Positions 41,291 through 54,779 are shown, counted from the whole stretch's first letter. The stretch: DNA of 61,862 nt, filler included, from Choristocarpus tenellus KU-1152 (GCA_964200185.2; 11 parts of 11 records of this genome joined end to end with filler, not necessarily neighbours in it); one strand, 5' to 3'. Notes: a model not told the origin generated them from the letters alone. Made by a program: numbers and translations.

Positions 41291-42180
41291 TGTGCAGACC
41301 CAAAGTATCTGGGAGGGGGGGGGNNNNNNNNNNNNNNNNNNNNNNNNNNNNNNNNNNNNNNNNNNNNTTAATTAATTAANNNNNNNNNNNNNNNNNNNNN
41401 NNNNNNNNNNNNNNNNNNNNNNNCTTGGAGGCCTTGCTCTACTTCGACACGGTGTAGATGAAGATGTCGAATCCCTAGGGATGGTGACCACAATATGGGT
41501 GAAAAAGACCCTGGCGAGAGCCTTGGACATGAGGGTGAGGGAGAGCATCAGCATGGCCATCTGGGAGTCGGCAACCCTGTTCCTCATCTCGTTGTCCAGC
41601 ATAGTGGTGGTGATCAAGCCGGTCTCAAGGGCTGCGATGGAGGCCACGTTGATGCCGAACTCTGCAGGGAAGGTCAGGAACGAGATCTTCACTGAGCGAG
41701 GATCGTGGAAGGGGAGAGAAGGAAGTCAGTCCTGTAGATCTCCCTGAGCATCGTATTGAAGCCCATCTCAAGCCAGGAGGCCTGCTCGATGGTCTTGGAG
41801 AGGGCAGGGTCCAGGCCGATGGACTGGAACAGGCCGATCTCCTTCCTAATGCTGATGGAGGAGATGATCCAGGAGGTCCTCTTCTGGAGCAGGGTGGGGA
41901 TGGGCCAGGCCTCAAGGATGAACTGAGACAAAGTATCTCAGAGGGTAGGGTCGCGTCCATTTGGGGACCAAAATCCAATGTTACGATTTTGATGTAATTT
42001 TGGCTATCGTATTTGTTAGAAGGGTCAATATCCTTCTTCCGGACACACCTTTTCATAACATACACAATTTTACCTATTCCTGAACATTTTGGGGTAGGAA
42101 AATGTCATTTAAAAAAAATGGGAATCCAAGCACCAAATGGACAAACAGGGCAAAAGTCGTGCCCTCTAAGATACTTTCCA

Positions 42181-42352
42181 GCAGTTGCTGGGAGAAAATT
42201 TTATACCTCATTAGCTACTGTGGCTGACTATGGCAAGGGGAACCTGGTCGATTTGGAAATAGCGTGTTTTGATTCGGGGGCCTCCAATAGTGTGACGAAG
42301 GACCCTAAGCACATGTATGACTTCATCACATGTCCACAAGGCCACAACATGA
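42181..42352 (+). mobile_element. Copia protease fragment between two MITEs
   Basis: FDSGASNSVT..MYDF. Confidence 0.6.
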
Positions 42353-42610
42353 GAGTGAAAGTATTTTAGAGGGTACAAGTTTTGCCCTATTTGTCCGATT
42401 GGGGCTTGACTTCCCATGGGGTTTTTTTTATGACATTTTCCTACTCCAATTTTTTTCGGAGTAGGTAAAATGTGTACGTTATGAGAAGGTGTGACCGAAA
42501 CAAGGATATTGACACTTCCTAACAAATACGATACCCAAAATTACATCAAAATCGCAACATTGGATTTTGGCTCTCATATGGACGCGGCTCTACCCTAAGA
42601 TACTTTGGCT

Positions 42611-43000
42611 TTGGTCGTGGCTGACGATACATCACCGCCCATTCTGAGGTATGCCAAAATTCAATGTAGGCCTTATTGAGTGGGTGAGTGTTGCTTTGGC
42701 GTCTGTCGCACTTGTCCCGAATATAGCAGGCAATCTCGTATCCTCATGCTATGCTTGGAGGATGAGGACGAGACAGTTCCGTAGTTTTTTTTGTTTATAT
42801 CTGCGTACTCACTTCACATCTCCCGAGGACTAGAGGGCACATCGTATCTACTCTCAGTCCAAGAGCTGGGGGATGTTGAGAATGGTATCTCCTGGACTGA
42901 TCGAGAGGACAGGGGGAATATGATATAGATGTTTAATGTTTGGATGGAGGTCTGGATTGGTGAGAGTCCAGGAAGTGGAGACTGGACGATCAAGGTCACC
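42611..43000 (-). pseudogene. Putative L fragment (region preceding the capping domain)
   Basis: YIIFP....QEI..STSP/ALGLR...GYEIACYIR resembles IIVPRAAHEI...S..GAR...CSV.LA..LR. Needs a frameshift. Confidence 0.35.
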
Positions 43001-43329
43001 ATTCTGCAGCACTTCACCTAGTGGCTGTGCAAACTTCTTTGATTTTTGTGCTTTTCGTTTTGCAAGAGTTGCATTGTTTGATATGTTTTATCTGTTTTCC
43101 ATTGAGACTACCTTAGTGATTCGTATTATTGATGAGTCCATTAGAGTGTTAGCGGGTGATATCCCTCTAGAACTCAAGACTTTAAGAATAGCACATAGTT
43201 CATGTGAATGTGATTTATAGGATCGAACTAGAGCAGAAGAGATGTCTGGTTTGTTGTTTGAATGACACTTGGGTGGAGGCCGTGTTACTTCCTGGAGGCA
43301 AGGAAATTTACACCAAATAGATTCACTAG

Positions 43330-44150
43330 CATAAGTTTAATGAATTTGGTAAGGTAGTGTGCTAAAAGGCATGTCTAGTAGCAACAGACCCAAAGTATCT
43401 GGGGGGGTGGGGGGTGTCTACACGAGGGTGTCTATTTGGACCAAAATCGGGAAAAGTGCATTTGCATTATCCATCCGACGTATGGCAACCAAATCACCCA
43501 AAAATCACGATATGAAAAAATTGACCCCAAATGGACAGCCAAACCCTCTCCCAGATACTTTGAGCCAACAGGAATTTCATGAGAGACTAAGAATTTTGAT
43601 TTTCTGTGATACTTTTGCCCTGATGACATGGCCGGTATGTTTAATGATGTTTTTTGGCACTAGCTGCAGACAAGGATTCATGCATTCGGATGTGAAGCAG
43701 ATTTTTATTAGAGCATAAATCAGAAAGGAAATATTTGATCGTTTTTGTGATGGATATGGTACATGGCCAGGAAAGATTGTGCGTTTAGTGAAAAGTCTTT
43801 ATGACACCGAACAGGGTAGCAGGGAGTTTAATAATCTGTTGGTACACGTTTTGGAACAATGTGGTTTTGAGCAATGCAAAGCAGGTCCCTGTGTGTTCGC
43901 TATGCAAGAGATGGCATTGTTTGTGCGGTGATAGCCCCTCACGTTGATGATCTTATGGTAGCCGGAATATATTATGTTTTGGTTTGGGTTCACCCTAGGA
44001 TTAAGGAGTAGTTTTCTATAGAAGATTTTGGTGACCTTGAGTAATACATGGGTTGTGAGATTTTGTTTGACAGAATTGCACAGACTGTCAGTCAGCATCA
44101 GCCAGAATGAGTACGTTAAGAGTATTTGTCAAAGATTCGGTATGAATGGG
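43330..44150 (+). mobile_element. Copia reverse transcriptase relic
   Basis: HSDVKQIFIRA, VRLVKSLY, GFEQCKAGPCVF, HVDDL. MITE inserted at 43387-43566. Confidence 0.8.
43387..43566. mobile_element. MITE family 1 copy, TSD AACA
   Basis: AACA|GACCCAAAGTATCT..AGATACTTTGAGCC|AACA. Confidence 0.9.
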
Positions 44151-44249
44151 GCAAAGAAGTGGCGCACGGTCTAAAAACAAGGGAAGAGTACCAGAAGTCT
44201 GTCTAGCCCTACCTTACCTACCAACCCAGTATGTCTTGAGCTTGAAATG

Positions 44250-44905
44250 CATTACAAGCCTTGCGATCGCCACTTGTGGTGATGTGATAATTAACAATTC
44301 TGTTGTGCCTTCAAAAACTCCGAGTCAAAGCATGAAACACGTACCCAGATTATGTTCATTTTGCATTTATGTCGCTTTTTAAATCTTTTGCAATTCTCCA
44401 TTATTTCCGTGGATAATGTGGTAAGATTGACTTGAGAAGGTTGATTTCTCTATTGTTCCCGTACGCATTTGTCTAAAAAGACGAATTCTGGACAAAGTTG
44501 TGTTACAGCATGCCCCTGAAACTTACCTCCACAGGATGTATTGCTCCAATCTACAGGCCTATAGATGATACTGATGCACGTATAGGACTCCTGATGCACA
44601 AGTCGTCAAGTATGCTGGATCTGTCACTTGGTTTATCATCAATATCATCGTATAAAAAGGAACCGGTCCATGTTACAGGGTGGAAGTCTCTGTAGGACCT
44701 CCATGTTGCAGCGCCGGAACTCACCTCCACACGATATGCAACGCAATTCCAATGACCTTTAAACGACGCTACGCGGGGGTCCACAGATGATGACCATGTA
44801 TGGTGTCAGTTGATGCTTAGCTCAGTCGATGTATCGCTTTTCGCTTTATCAAAAGAGGATAAGGATCAAAGAACTGAGTCGTGCGGTCAACAACTCAGCC
44901 TTTTA
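44250..44905 (-). pseudogene. Putative L fragment (GHP-to-DKxIS region)
   Basis: FKGHWNCVAYR..GAATW, YRDFHPVTWTGSFLYDD..SSILDDLCIRSP resembles KGH..C....GYR....W / W..F...F.....lLDDKAISP. Confidence 0.5.
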
Positions 44906-45829
44906 TTAACATCATTCACCGTTTTTCTACAGCCAAAGAGTTAAATGAAGTCTGCAAACTGCTGTGTATATACTCTAATCATAAATCTTTATTCTGCACC
45001 TTTCAGGAATTGACGTCTATTCTGTAATAATTATGTATGCATTTCGAATCTTACTCTGCATCTTCTATCAATTCAAAGTTCCTCTTACATGAATTCTTAC
45101 GTATGTATACTGTTCGCGCATTTTGGCACGCAGAAAGAAATGCTCGCGCTATTCGCCTGTAACAGTTGTTAGCATCCTCAAAATGCAACCCTGGATTGCT
45201 CTCGTTTACTTTGGGTCTCCCTTCCTCCTAAAAGCCCAAGCCTCCCCACCACCCACTACATACGAGTCACTACAGCTCAGTCAGCAGTTGCTCTGCCTGT
45301 ATACGAAACTCCTGAAGCATTCTTCTACCACTAAGAAAGGTCTTGAGGGTAAAACTATGAAGGTAAGTCTTTCCAGGCCTCAATTGCAGCAACAGTGACG
45401 ACGTTGTTCGTAGATGAGTCTTATATATGGCTGTCCGCTTGGGCCTTTACAAAGGACACATACATAAATTCAGGAGGAGATATGTTCATATGCAAGCTAA
45501 CTTTCTCCTTAGTCCATAGACACAGTCCAGTAGCATCAACCAGTGGTGAGTGTTGATTTGTTCACTTGCATTGATCGCATGTGTACCACTTCACGCCGCT
45601 TTTGAGGACTTACTCTTGTAGTGTGTGTAACTTATAATTTGCTTAATCCTTGGAATTAGTAGATATTCTTCAACATGCGAATTCAGTACGGGAAGTAGAT
45701 AGGTTGGCTCAGAATTAGATTCAGTTTTTCAGTTTTTCTCACCGAAGGTGTAACACTTAGTATTTTGTAGTATTTTTCTTTGCTTAGTATCACCCGCACT
45801 TACGCTTCACTCTGCGTTAAGTGTACCAG

Positions 45830-46628
45830 GCACACAACTGGATGAAATATATTTAGAGTTGTTACCTTCAAGGGTGTAACCAGAGACCTCTTTCCCGTTC
45901 GGTAGGGTGCAGTGACTGCATTAGACAGTGCCCGACAACATAGAATTAGCTTATTATGTGAGGGGATTCCTGTAGATAGTGAAGAGATGCCAGTCCGAAC
46001 GTTTTCCACTTGCTGACCATAGGCATGTGCTCCAGCTCTTGGGCATGTTCGTGTGTGCCTATTATCCACACACTCTCTCTTCTGTGTCCAGCTAACAGGC
46101 AGTGTGGTTGGACAGGTTGACCACGGTTTGTTGGCTGTGCAATGCCTCCTCTACGCCCAAAGATCAGTCAATCACGAGGTGGGATCCTGGGTACGCACTA
46201 TCGGTGGACATCAAATCGGATTCTACCAAAATCTCGAAGGCTTTTGGCAAGCGTGGACGGAAAGAGGCAGAGCATTTCCCAGAACATACAAGCCGAATTG
46301 GGCACTGCTGAGAAAACAGGGATCCATTTCTGGCTGGTGCATAACGGCAATTCCATGCAATTTCTTTAGGACAAGACAATTTCAGGGATTAGAACCCGAA
46401 CAGTTACAATTTACACGTGAGTTTGGCCCATCGTAATCTCACCTAACATGCCTCACAGCACAGGTCAACTAGTACAGAACGGTCACTTCCAAAGGATGAA
46501 ACTTTTATAATGGTTTCACAAACCCTATGCCCGTGAGTCTTCGGACCATCTTGACCCTAACCAGGTCTAACCAAAGGAAGTGGATTTTGTCCTTCGATCA
46601 GAGAGGCATCCTAAAATATCGTACCTGA
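45830..46628 (+). pseudogene. Putative L fragment (GHP-like, DKTIS, PKE)
   Basis: QLLGMFVCAYYPH, then MQFL*DKTIS ~107 codons later, then *PKEVDF ~67 codons later. Order and spacing are L-like; frameshifts are needed. Confidence 0.5.
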
Positions 46629-46933
46629 GGCTCATAGTATCTGGGGGGGGGGTGGCGGCTCTCCATTCCGGGTCCATTTTTCCATGTCGCGATTTTTGGG
46701 TGAATTTGGTTGCATGCATCGAATGGGTACTGTAAGTTCACTTCTCCTGGTCAGGGCTCAAATGGACACCTTGGTGTAGACCCCCCCCCCCCCCTCCCCA
46801 AAAAANNNNNNNNNNNNNNNNNNNNNNNNNNNNNNNNNNNNNNNNNNNNTTAATTAATTAANNNNNNNNNNNNNNNNNNNNNNNNNNNNNNNNNNNNNNN
46901 NNNNNCGCCACCCCCTCCCAGATACTTTGAGTC

Positions 46934-47750
46934 AGTAGGATAAGGATACATGTTTAGGCCTAGTAGAAGTTTGGCATATTTTTTCTGCTCTTCCTTCTCC
47001 CTGCTACAGGATGATTTGAGGCGATTAGTGATGTCTATTGTCTTCACCAGTAACAATCACTTGTAGCAAACGTCGTTATATATGATACATTCTTCTTTTG
47101 TTCTATTTTTGGATTCTCTTATTTTCTCCGTTTTGTTATCCTGAAGTCCGAGCCCAAAAGAACAGGCATATTTGGATTAGGCAGACACAATTTGAATAAG
47201 AGTACATCCTATGACCTTGTGGATAGACTCTTTTTAAAAGAATTGTGGAGATGAATTACTTGTGATTAAGGTGATCGGAACTGGGGTCCCATTCATTTTA
47301 GGCCATGACAGAGATGTATACTTTGCAATTCTTGAAGATGTTTTAGAATGAGCAAGTACATACTCAGACTAGCTGAGATGCAAATTATATTCTGTTCTCT
47401 TGGGATAAATTATCCCAAGAAAAACATGGATATGTGTTGATCGATTCGGGACCTAGTTGAAGTTATATATTTTGAATAAAAATATATACTCTAATTAGCT
47501 CATACATTTATTGATTATGACTGTGTCTTAAGACTTTTGAGGAAATATTCTCGAGAAGAAACTGGGAGATATGTCAATCATTGGTTGGAACTATTTGAAA
47601 TTTGGAACCGAGGTTCCTGGGTTGGAAGCAACTGACGAGTTTGGAACTGGAGCCCCTATTTTGCTTGATGGCAACGAACTCATGCTGCTACAGCGTGATA
47701 TGAGGTGACAGGTAATATCTATTGTCTTAACTGGTGACAATCGCCTGTAG
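46934..47750 (+). pseudogene. Two L RdRp core fragments (motifs B-C; F-A-B-C with TGDN)
   Basis: 47130-47750: KSEPKRTGIFG, MSKYIL, GWKQ..VWN, ISIVLTGDN (GDN at 47733-47741). 46934-47065: G*GY..VWHIFSALP..MSIVFTSNN, homologous at the DNA level. Confidence 0.6.
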
Positions 47751-47859
47751 TAGTAAGCGTGAAACATGTATACCTAGTTCACGATGGGGGGCATGTCACA
47801 GGCGAATAGCGCGAGTATTTCTTCCCGCGCTTTAACCAGCGCGAGCAGTATACGCGCGT

Positions 47860-48270
47860 GGGTAACCCCAAAAGGGGGAACTCCGATTTGCCCAAACGTT
47901 GCAGAATAAACTGTAACTCGGGTAGTTGCGGAGGGTCATGGATGGATGGTCGGAAAGGGTTCTCAGATACATACCAGTATTTGCAAACCAGAACAATCCC
48001 CCCCAACTGCAAATGATGATTAGAGTTCCTAATAACGGCTCAAACCAGATCAGTTCTTCTGATCTAACAAGACCCACATATGTCTCACTCTCTATTTTGA
48101 TGCCAAACTTTACATACACTTTATACTGATTGATTCAATTGAGAGTACCCCTGTTCTGCTGAGCTGATGTTCGATAATCTGTGAATTGGACTTGACTTGT
48201 ACATCCTGGAAAGGTGAGCATTTGAGGGGCGTCTGTAACATAACCTCCAACATGCTTATCCATACGTTGA
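47860..48270 (+). pseudogene. Putative L capping-domain fragment, paralogous to ~60330-60385
   Basis: TACATCCTG..GAGC.T.TGAGGGGCG.CTGTAACA is shared with ~60340-60384 (CTSWKGEHLRGVCN vs YTSCGGELLRGACN). Confidence 0.45.
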
Positions 48271-48589
48271 CTGGCAGGAACAGACCCTGGGTTGGGAATG
48301 GGAGATGATGTGATTAAGCGCCTTGTAGCCCTGTAGGCCAGAGGCTCGGTGCGTCATCTAATCGGAAGTGTGACGGGAACAGTGGTGTGAATTCTGTACG
48401 TAGAGAGGATTGAGTAGGTGGTGGGATCGTAGAAATCGAGAGTTGGACAGTAGGAAGGCACGAGTGGAGTTTACGTGGAGTTGGTGCAGGAGTAGGGGGA
48501 ACCAAGTAGGTATGATCAAATACTAAGATTTCAGCAATCCACTACTACCGCTAACAATTTCCTAATGTCAAACTTTCCACACAACACAT

Positions 48590-49110
48590 CATGATTTCTT
48601 CAGGGCCAAAGGGTATGAGTAGGAGAAGAATAGGGGGGATTTAAAGGTGGTAGCAATTATGAAATGCGTTGCAGAACTCCCTCCGTACACCCCAATTAGG
48701 AAATACAGGAACGGGAAGAGGTGGAGGGTAATTACGTGGAGCCAAGCAACAACAGGCATCTTGACATGAATAGTGGGGGAGCGTAGGCTGAGATCAGAAG
48801 AGTACACTTTATACTCGGGCAGGATAGGGGGAGTGACGAGAGTGGCAATAATGGGGGCGTAGTGATGAGGGGGGAAGCATTGTGTATCCTAAGAAGAATA
48901 GAGACAGAGCTTGAGGTGAGACCAGAAGAGTATGCTTTGCATTCAGGGAGGATAGGGGAAGCCACCAGGCTGGCAACCATGAGGTTTTCAGATATGGTAA
49001 TACAGAGGGAGGGGAGGCCGAAGTTGAGTGTGTTCATGGTATATGTCAGGGTCAACCAGAGGGACACGGTTTGGGTTTCGAAGGGTCCGGCAGAGAGTAG
49101 GAAGGATTAG
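48590..49110 (+). mobile_element. DIRS/Ngaro-type tyrosine recombinase relic
   Basis: EYALHSGRIGEATRLA..VIQREGR..FMVYVR carries HxxR and the catalytic Tyr. Confidence 0.85.
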
Positions 49111-51223
49111 GTTCAACCAGGACAGGAATCACAGTTTGATCTAGAAGGAAAACCCACCCCGAAGGGGAGGGGAGGTCAAGTTCGGGCAGGGTAGATGTCT
49201 TCTAGCTTAAAGGCATGGTATGAACTAGTGACAGTAAAGAGACCAGTGCGTAACAGACCAATCAACAGTCAGTGTTGACTGGTAGAACTGTATCGTATCA
49301 AGGAAAGACAGATGAGTAGCCTATATTTTATGTTTTATCACCCTTTTTCCACTTAAAGAAGTGGAAGGGCCAAAGTATCTGGGGGGGGGGGGGGGGTGCA
49401 CTGGGGCGTCCATTCGGGCCCTCCTATATGTGCTGTAAATGGTATGAATATGTTGTGAAAAACGCATAAGTGGAGTGACAGGTTGGTCTTTCTTGGGTGG
49501 AATATTGCATAGTCTGCATCTAGTGTATGTATTTGGACCTTCGGACGTTCGAAATCTAGCCTTTTTGGAGGTCGATTTATCTGGTGGGGCGTTTGGGTGG
49601 TTAGTATATTTTGGAGTGTGGATTGGGTTGGATCATCTCACATGGCTTCGTCACCTTGCTGGAGTGGGATTAGTGCTAATTGAGTGGGTATATAGGGATT
49701 GTAATTTCCAGTATAAAGGCTATAGATTGTCAATTGATGGAGAGGGCCTCGTGAGTTGCTCAGGGGTAAGAAGAGAATAAGGAATTTGTGTGAGTTCCAT
49801 GTAAGTTGAGGGTGTGAGGGGGATGATTTTTTTCGACGGGAGTAATTGCGTGACGTTTGTGTATTTTGGAGGTGTGTCAATTATGTCCTTTGTGGAGGGG
49901 GGGCATGTGATATCAAAAGGTCTAACAAGCATTTTATGTGGGAGAGGGGAATGTGCGATGTTGATTGTTGTCTCCGTCTGTAAAGGGTGGAAGGAGGAAC
50001 TCCGCATATAAAAGACCACACTTTAAGAAGGGTGGTGTGCAACAAATTATTTTCTGCAGTGATGTGCATTATTATTTGCGATGAGAGAATATATGCTTTT
50101 TGCAGTAAACTCATTTTTCCGATGTAAAAACTCTACATGTATACATTTTTTAACTAGAACACACACCATGTAATATATACCAGTAGTCGTAAGGAATGTA
50201 ATTGACCAAGAAACAGGTTTGGAACCGTCTATAAGTAAAAATCAACACAAAATCCAAAGGTGGGGCTGCACACGTACGCCTAAACAAGGAAGGAGATACA
50301 GACATTACACCCTTGTGTGTACTTGAAATGGAAGAAATGACCCCTGCCTCAAGAACTCACGTCCGACCTCAACTATGATGCAGGATAGAATGTACAACGA
50401 AGGCATGATATCTCCCATTAGATGAAGGGGAGGGAGTGAGAGAAGACCACGAATTTGGAAAAGATGGTAGCGTGTCAGACTCGCTGCAATCCTCCGTTCC
50501 ATATCGCGGTCATATGGGACTGGTCCAGAACCAGGATCTCGACTCTGCATTGGCCTCCGTGCAGTATAGTTGTTGAAGAAGATTGATATCTGACCCAAAG
50601 TATCTGTTACAGGCGAATAGCGCGAGCTTTTCTTCTTGTATTTCAACGAAGTGCAAACGTTTGTTACACGCGAATAGCGTNNNNNNNNNNNNNNNNNNNN
50701 NNNNNNNNNNNNNNNNNNNNNNNNTTAATTAATTAANNNNNNNNNNNNNNNNNNNNNNNNNNNNNNNNNNNNNNNNNNNNGACAGCAAAGGCCTGTCGAA
50801 AGCAGGAATACCTCGACCTCTGTCCCGTAGTAGCCTGTGTTGATCGCTTTCTTCCCATTGGTGCAAAATACATACACCATGTTACTTGGATCCTGCACTA
50901 GATATTTTGATATAATTCCAACTCTTTGCTGAAATAAAGAATTGGGCTCAATCGAGTGAAGGGTTAAAGGTGTCAACAAAATATTTAACATTTCGAAATA
51001 TTGGGTATACGTGATTTTTCTATGCAGTCATGTCAACATCAATAGGTAAACGTTAAGTATAAATAAATTGAAAAACATACACACCACTAGTACACCCGCT
51101 TTTGAATATAAATGCCCTTTCACTTTCAGCACAACTTTGTATAAGAATTTCCACACCATAGCAGTTTGCTGGTCCAGTCATACGGCAAGCTAACAGCACT
51201 CCTACACACCCCTCAGCACCTAC

Positions 51224-53767
51224 CTGATGAAGAGAAAGGTATCAATGATGGCTTTTCCCACACCACTCAGAAATGATGAAGCGTAGAAGGATGCGATTTG
51301 TGGGGAGCCCATTATGATTCGAATTGCCGACATAACACTAGTGTCCCCAGGTGCTGCAGTGCCGTTCTCCTCTACCTTTGGAGGCAAAGGTGATGAGGTG
51401 AAAGGTAAAGCATCCCTGGTAAAGAGGGCGAAATACAAAACAGGAGGGATGAGGCCGAGCCAAATCAAGGTCACGTTGACCGTATGTACCTACAACAAAC
51501 AAGATTTAACAAGGTAAGACTTGGCAACAAAATAGAATGGCATAGACCATTGACTAATTCTCTCCCGATATGAAGATAAGGAGAATCCCTACTAGTATAT
51601 GAAACACTTTGTAGTGCTCGATAGTTGTGTTACATCTGCAAATATACAGCTTGAAGCATGACTTTGATAAATGCAGGTTACACTGGAGTACCTAAGGCCT
51701 GAATTCACTCCACCTTGTCAGGATTTCTTAGTCCCCAAGCATCAGCACAACAAACGAGTCTGATAGAAATACTAACATCCTCTAAGAACTCACAATACCA
51801 AATTGTGTAGTCCAGGGGGTGATGATACATCACAAAAACTACTCCCCGGCCTAACCTCACATAGCATACCTCTCATCATTCTCAGTGTCGGGCTGGTGGT
51901 GGTAGTGCATATTGTCCTCAGGTAGGAGGCCCGCACACAAAAATGCTATGGCTGCTGCTCCCGCAAAGAGCATCATGACACCGGTATACCCTACCCTTGT
52001 ACCAGCAATGACACCTGAAGCAAGTGCAAAAACCGCTCCCCCTAGTGTCCCCCATACACGTTGGACCGGGTACCTATCAAAAGAGCGATAGCAAAAGGCA
52101 TAGAGCGTATGGTAGATTTTATGGGGAGGGAAAATATCTCAAAGCACTAGTAGCTGCAAGGCACCTAACTTCAACTTACACAGCACCTAACGTCAAAATG
52201 ATCCAACAATATAGAAAGGATCCAGTCCCATCAAGTCGATCAACCCTCTACGGCAAATCAAGAAGGTTAGCATGCCCCTCTCCCAAGTTGTAAGATGGTG
52301 TGTGTGCATGGAAGCAGGGTGCAGCAAACGATTCGGGCGTAATAAACACCCTTTGTTCATTTGTGTTTTTCGCGGCTGAGTGGAATACAACAACGAACTT
52401 CGAGGTCAAGACACGCAAGGACTCTTATGATACGATCATTTCCCTCGATTTGAAATATAGATTCCCAACGACATCACAACTACATGAAAAATAGCTGCTG
52501 CAAAAATCATTTGAATGACCCCTTCCTACAAGAACAGTGTGCACTCTGCTTCCATCATTTTCTTCACTTTCGTGTCATAATTGGTCCAAATAACCCTAGC
52601 ACGGTCAGGTACGAGATATGATCCACCACTTCCTTATCACTTCCCTAACTTGACATAGTTGTGAGCAAAATTAATTCAATAGGAAACAGGAAAAGTTGTC
52701 TATTGCTCTGGTGGATGAAAGACAAATTCTCCTCACCCTTTTCTGCCGTATGCTTTGATAACGCAAGCGTTAACAAGGCTGAAGGTCGGACTGCTAGACA
52801 CCCCTGAGGCAGTCTCGATCAAAGCCACAGCAACCAAACTTCCTGCAAAAATCACCAATGTACAAAATATGCCCCAAAGCAAGAAGGACACACGGAGAAG
52901 CTGGAAGCAGAAATGTCACAGAAAAGAGGAAGGAGGCATTGTAAACGAGAGGAAAAATTAGATTAAGCGTTTGATTTGTGAAGTTGATCGTGCTTTGATG
53001 AGATTAAGCCACAGTGAGACTATTGGTCTAGCTTGCAGTCTACCACAGCTAGATGCCCAAGCCCTGATATCTACCATTGAGGATAGAATGCGAAGTGCGG
53101 CAAGAACTGGATAAAGGAGGTCACCGAACTTTTCGTATCCTACATATTGGCACTAGCAAGGTGTAAACGCCTTTATCAGTATTCTTGGAGGTAGAGATAT
53201 TTTACGTGTCCATTTGATTCACAACCACACCTGGCCATAACGGGGCATGATCGATACGACCCCATCCAACTCTCTTACCTTTTTGTGTATTCTGGAGCGG
53301 TCAGCGAGGGAGCACAATAATGGGTTGAGGACGAGCAAGGCGGTTGGGGAGATGGCCCCAATGAATCCCACCTGACGCTCTGTGAAACGTTGGTCAAGAG
53401 CATATCGAAACAGAGAGGGTAAGCGAAAACGATCGTTCGTGTTGGATCACGTATATCTTTGCACATGTGTATACTGTGTGGAGGTGCAAGACTTGTTTAC
53501 CCTCTTGTTAGTATGCATTGAAAGAGTTGACGTGAAGGGAGTGGGGTGGGCGATACATAATAGAGAAACACCATTTACAAGGTTTGAGGACGGCATAGAC
53601 ACAAATTGTGACACTGTATATCAAAATTTTGTATCACAATAGATCTCTTTTAACGCACCTGAGAGTCCTTTGCTGGTCCAAACTAGAGGCAAAAAGGTTT
53701 GTGTGACCCCATGTGTACCTTCAGAAAAGAAGTACAATATGCTTCCCCCCCAGGTAGTAGTCGACAT
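51224..53767 (-). CDS. MFS transporter, MFSD6/MFS_1-like (partial, multi-exon)
   Basis: Exons encode LYFF..TQTFLPLVWTSKGLS|ERQVGFIGAI..PLLCSLADRSRIHKK, YPVQRVWGTLGGA and FLSGVGKAIIDTFLFI, with hydrophobic helices and GT-AG sites. Confidence 0.75.
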
Positions 53768-54779
53768 TTGGAGTCTCTCCTAGTTTAGGGAGGAATACGA
53801 TCGTAGTGTGCCACACCTAATTCAGTAAGGAATTCTGTGTGAGAGTGGGAGGTGCTCGGTTTAGTGGGACTAAATTTGTTACAATATATTGAAGCTTTTG
53901 ATTTGATGGTTTGTTATTGAAGTAATATCGAGAAAGTTTCTCCGATATAGATATAATCCCCAAAAAACTGCGAGAGGACAAAATACATCATCAAATTCAA
54001 ATTCAAAATAACACTCACAATCTTTTGATCTCGGGGATTTAAGTCTATACGATTAAAAAATAAAGGGACTTCAGTTGTTCTCAACACCACATCCCTTCTA
54101 CTACTATTTCATGAATCGGACGGATTGCAGGAAGTCCAGTTGACGCCCCACTCGCGCCTTCATGAGTTCGAAATCATTCTTGGTTTTGCTTGATCCAAGA
54201 GGTACGAGAGTTTGTGGATTAGAGGCGGTAGAACGTACAGACTTCCTACAAAGTTTGGAGTGTACATGTTAAATATGAATAAAGGAGGTGGGAAAGTACG
54301 AGTACACCAGAAAGGTACCTATATCCCGACCAGGCACCATGTATGGATTCCTCTTTGCAGGATTGCGAGCACACACCACATGGGGCTGCATATGCTCACA
54401 CTCAGCAGGCAGCAATGGTGAGGATGAAGCTCTGGTACCTCGAGGTAGTGTTTCGGACCACCAAGAGGAAGGAAGTACTCGTCTGGACTGGTTTACAGAC
54501 CCCAATCAGCTGACGTCGAAGTGTTGGGTTGCGCTTGTCTCTGCTCTAGAGGATACGACGGGCTACACAACTAAAGGCAGAGTGATTGTTCCATATGTAG
54601 TGCCACACAAGTCTCACCTCTTAACATTTTTCGTGTCTTTACGCATCCGCAGAAGTTTACAGAAGAGGTATTTGGAAGTGGAGGTTACGACTGTAAAGCT
54701 ATTGCAACCGGAGAAGAAGAAGATTGGGCATACTTGTAACTTCTAAAAATAAACCTGAATCAATTACGTTCTGTGAAGT

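Noticed and set aside
46850-47056. Minus ORF QKKYAKLLLG as the L C-terminal KxxxKxxG motif
   Set aside because: The spacing is wrong, and the plus strand is homologous to the GDN-bearing copy.
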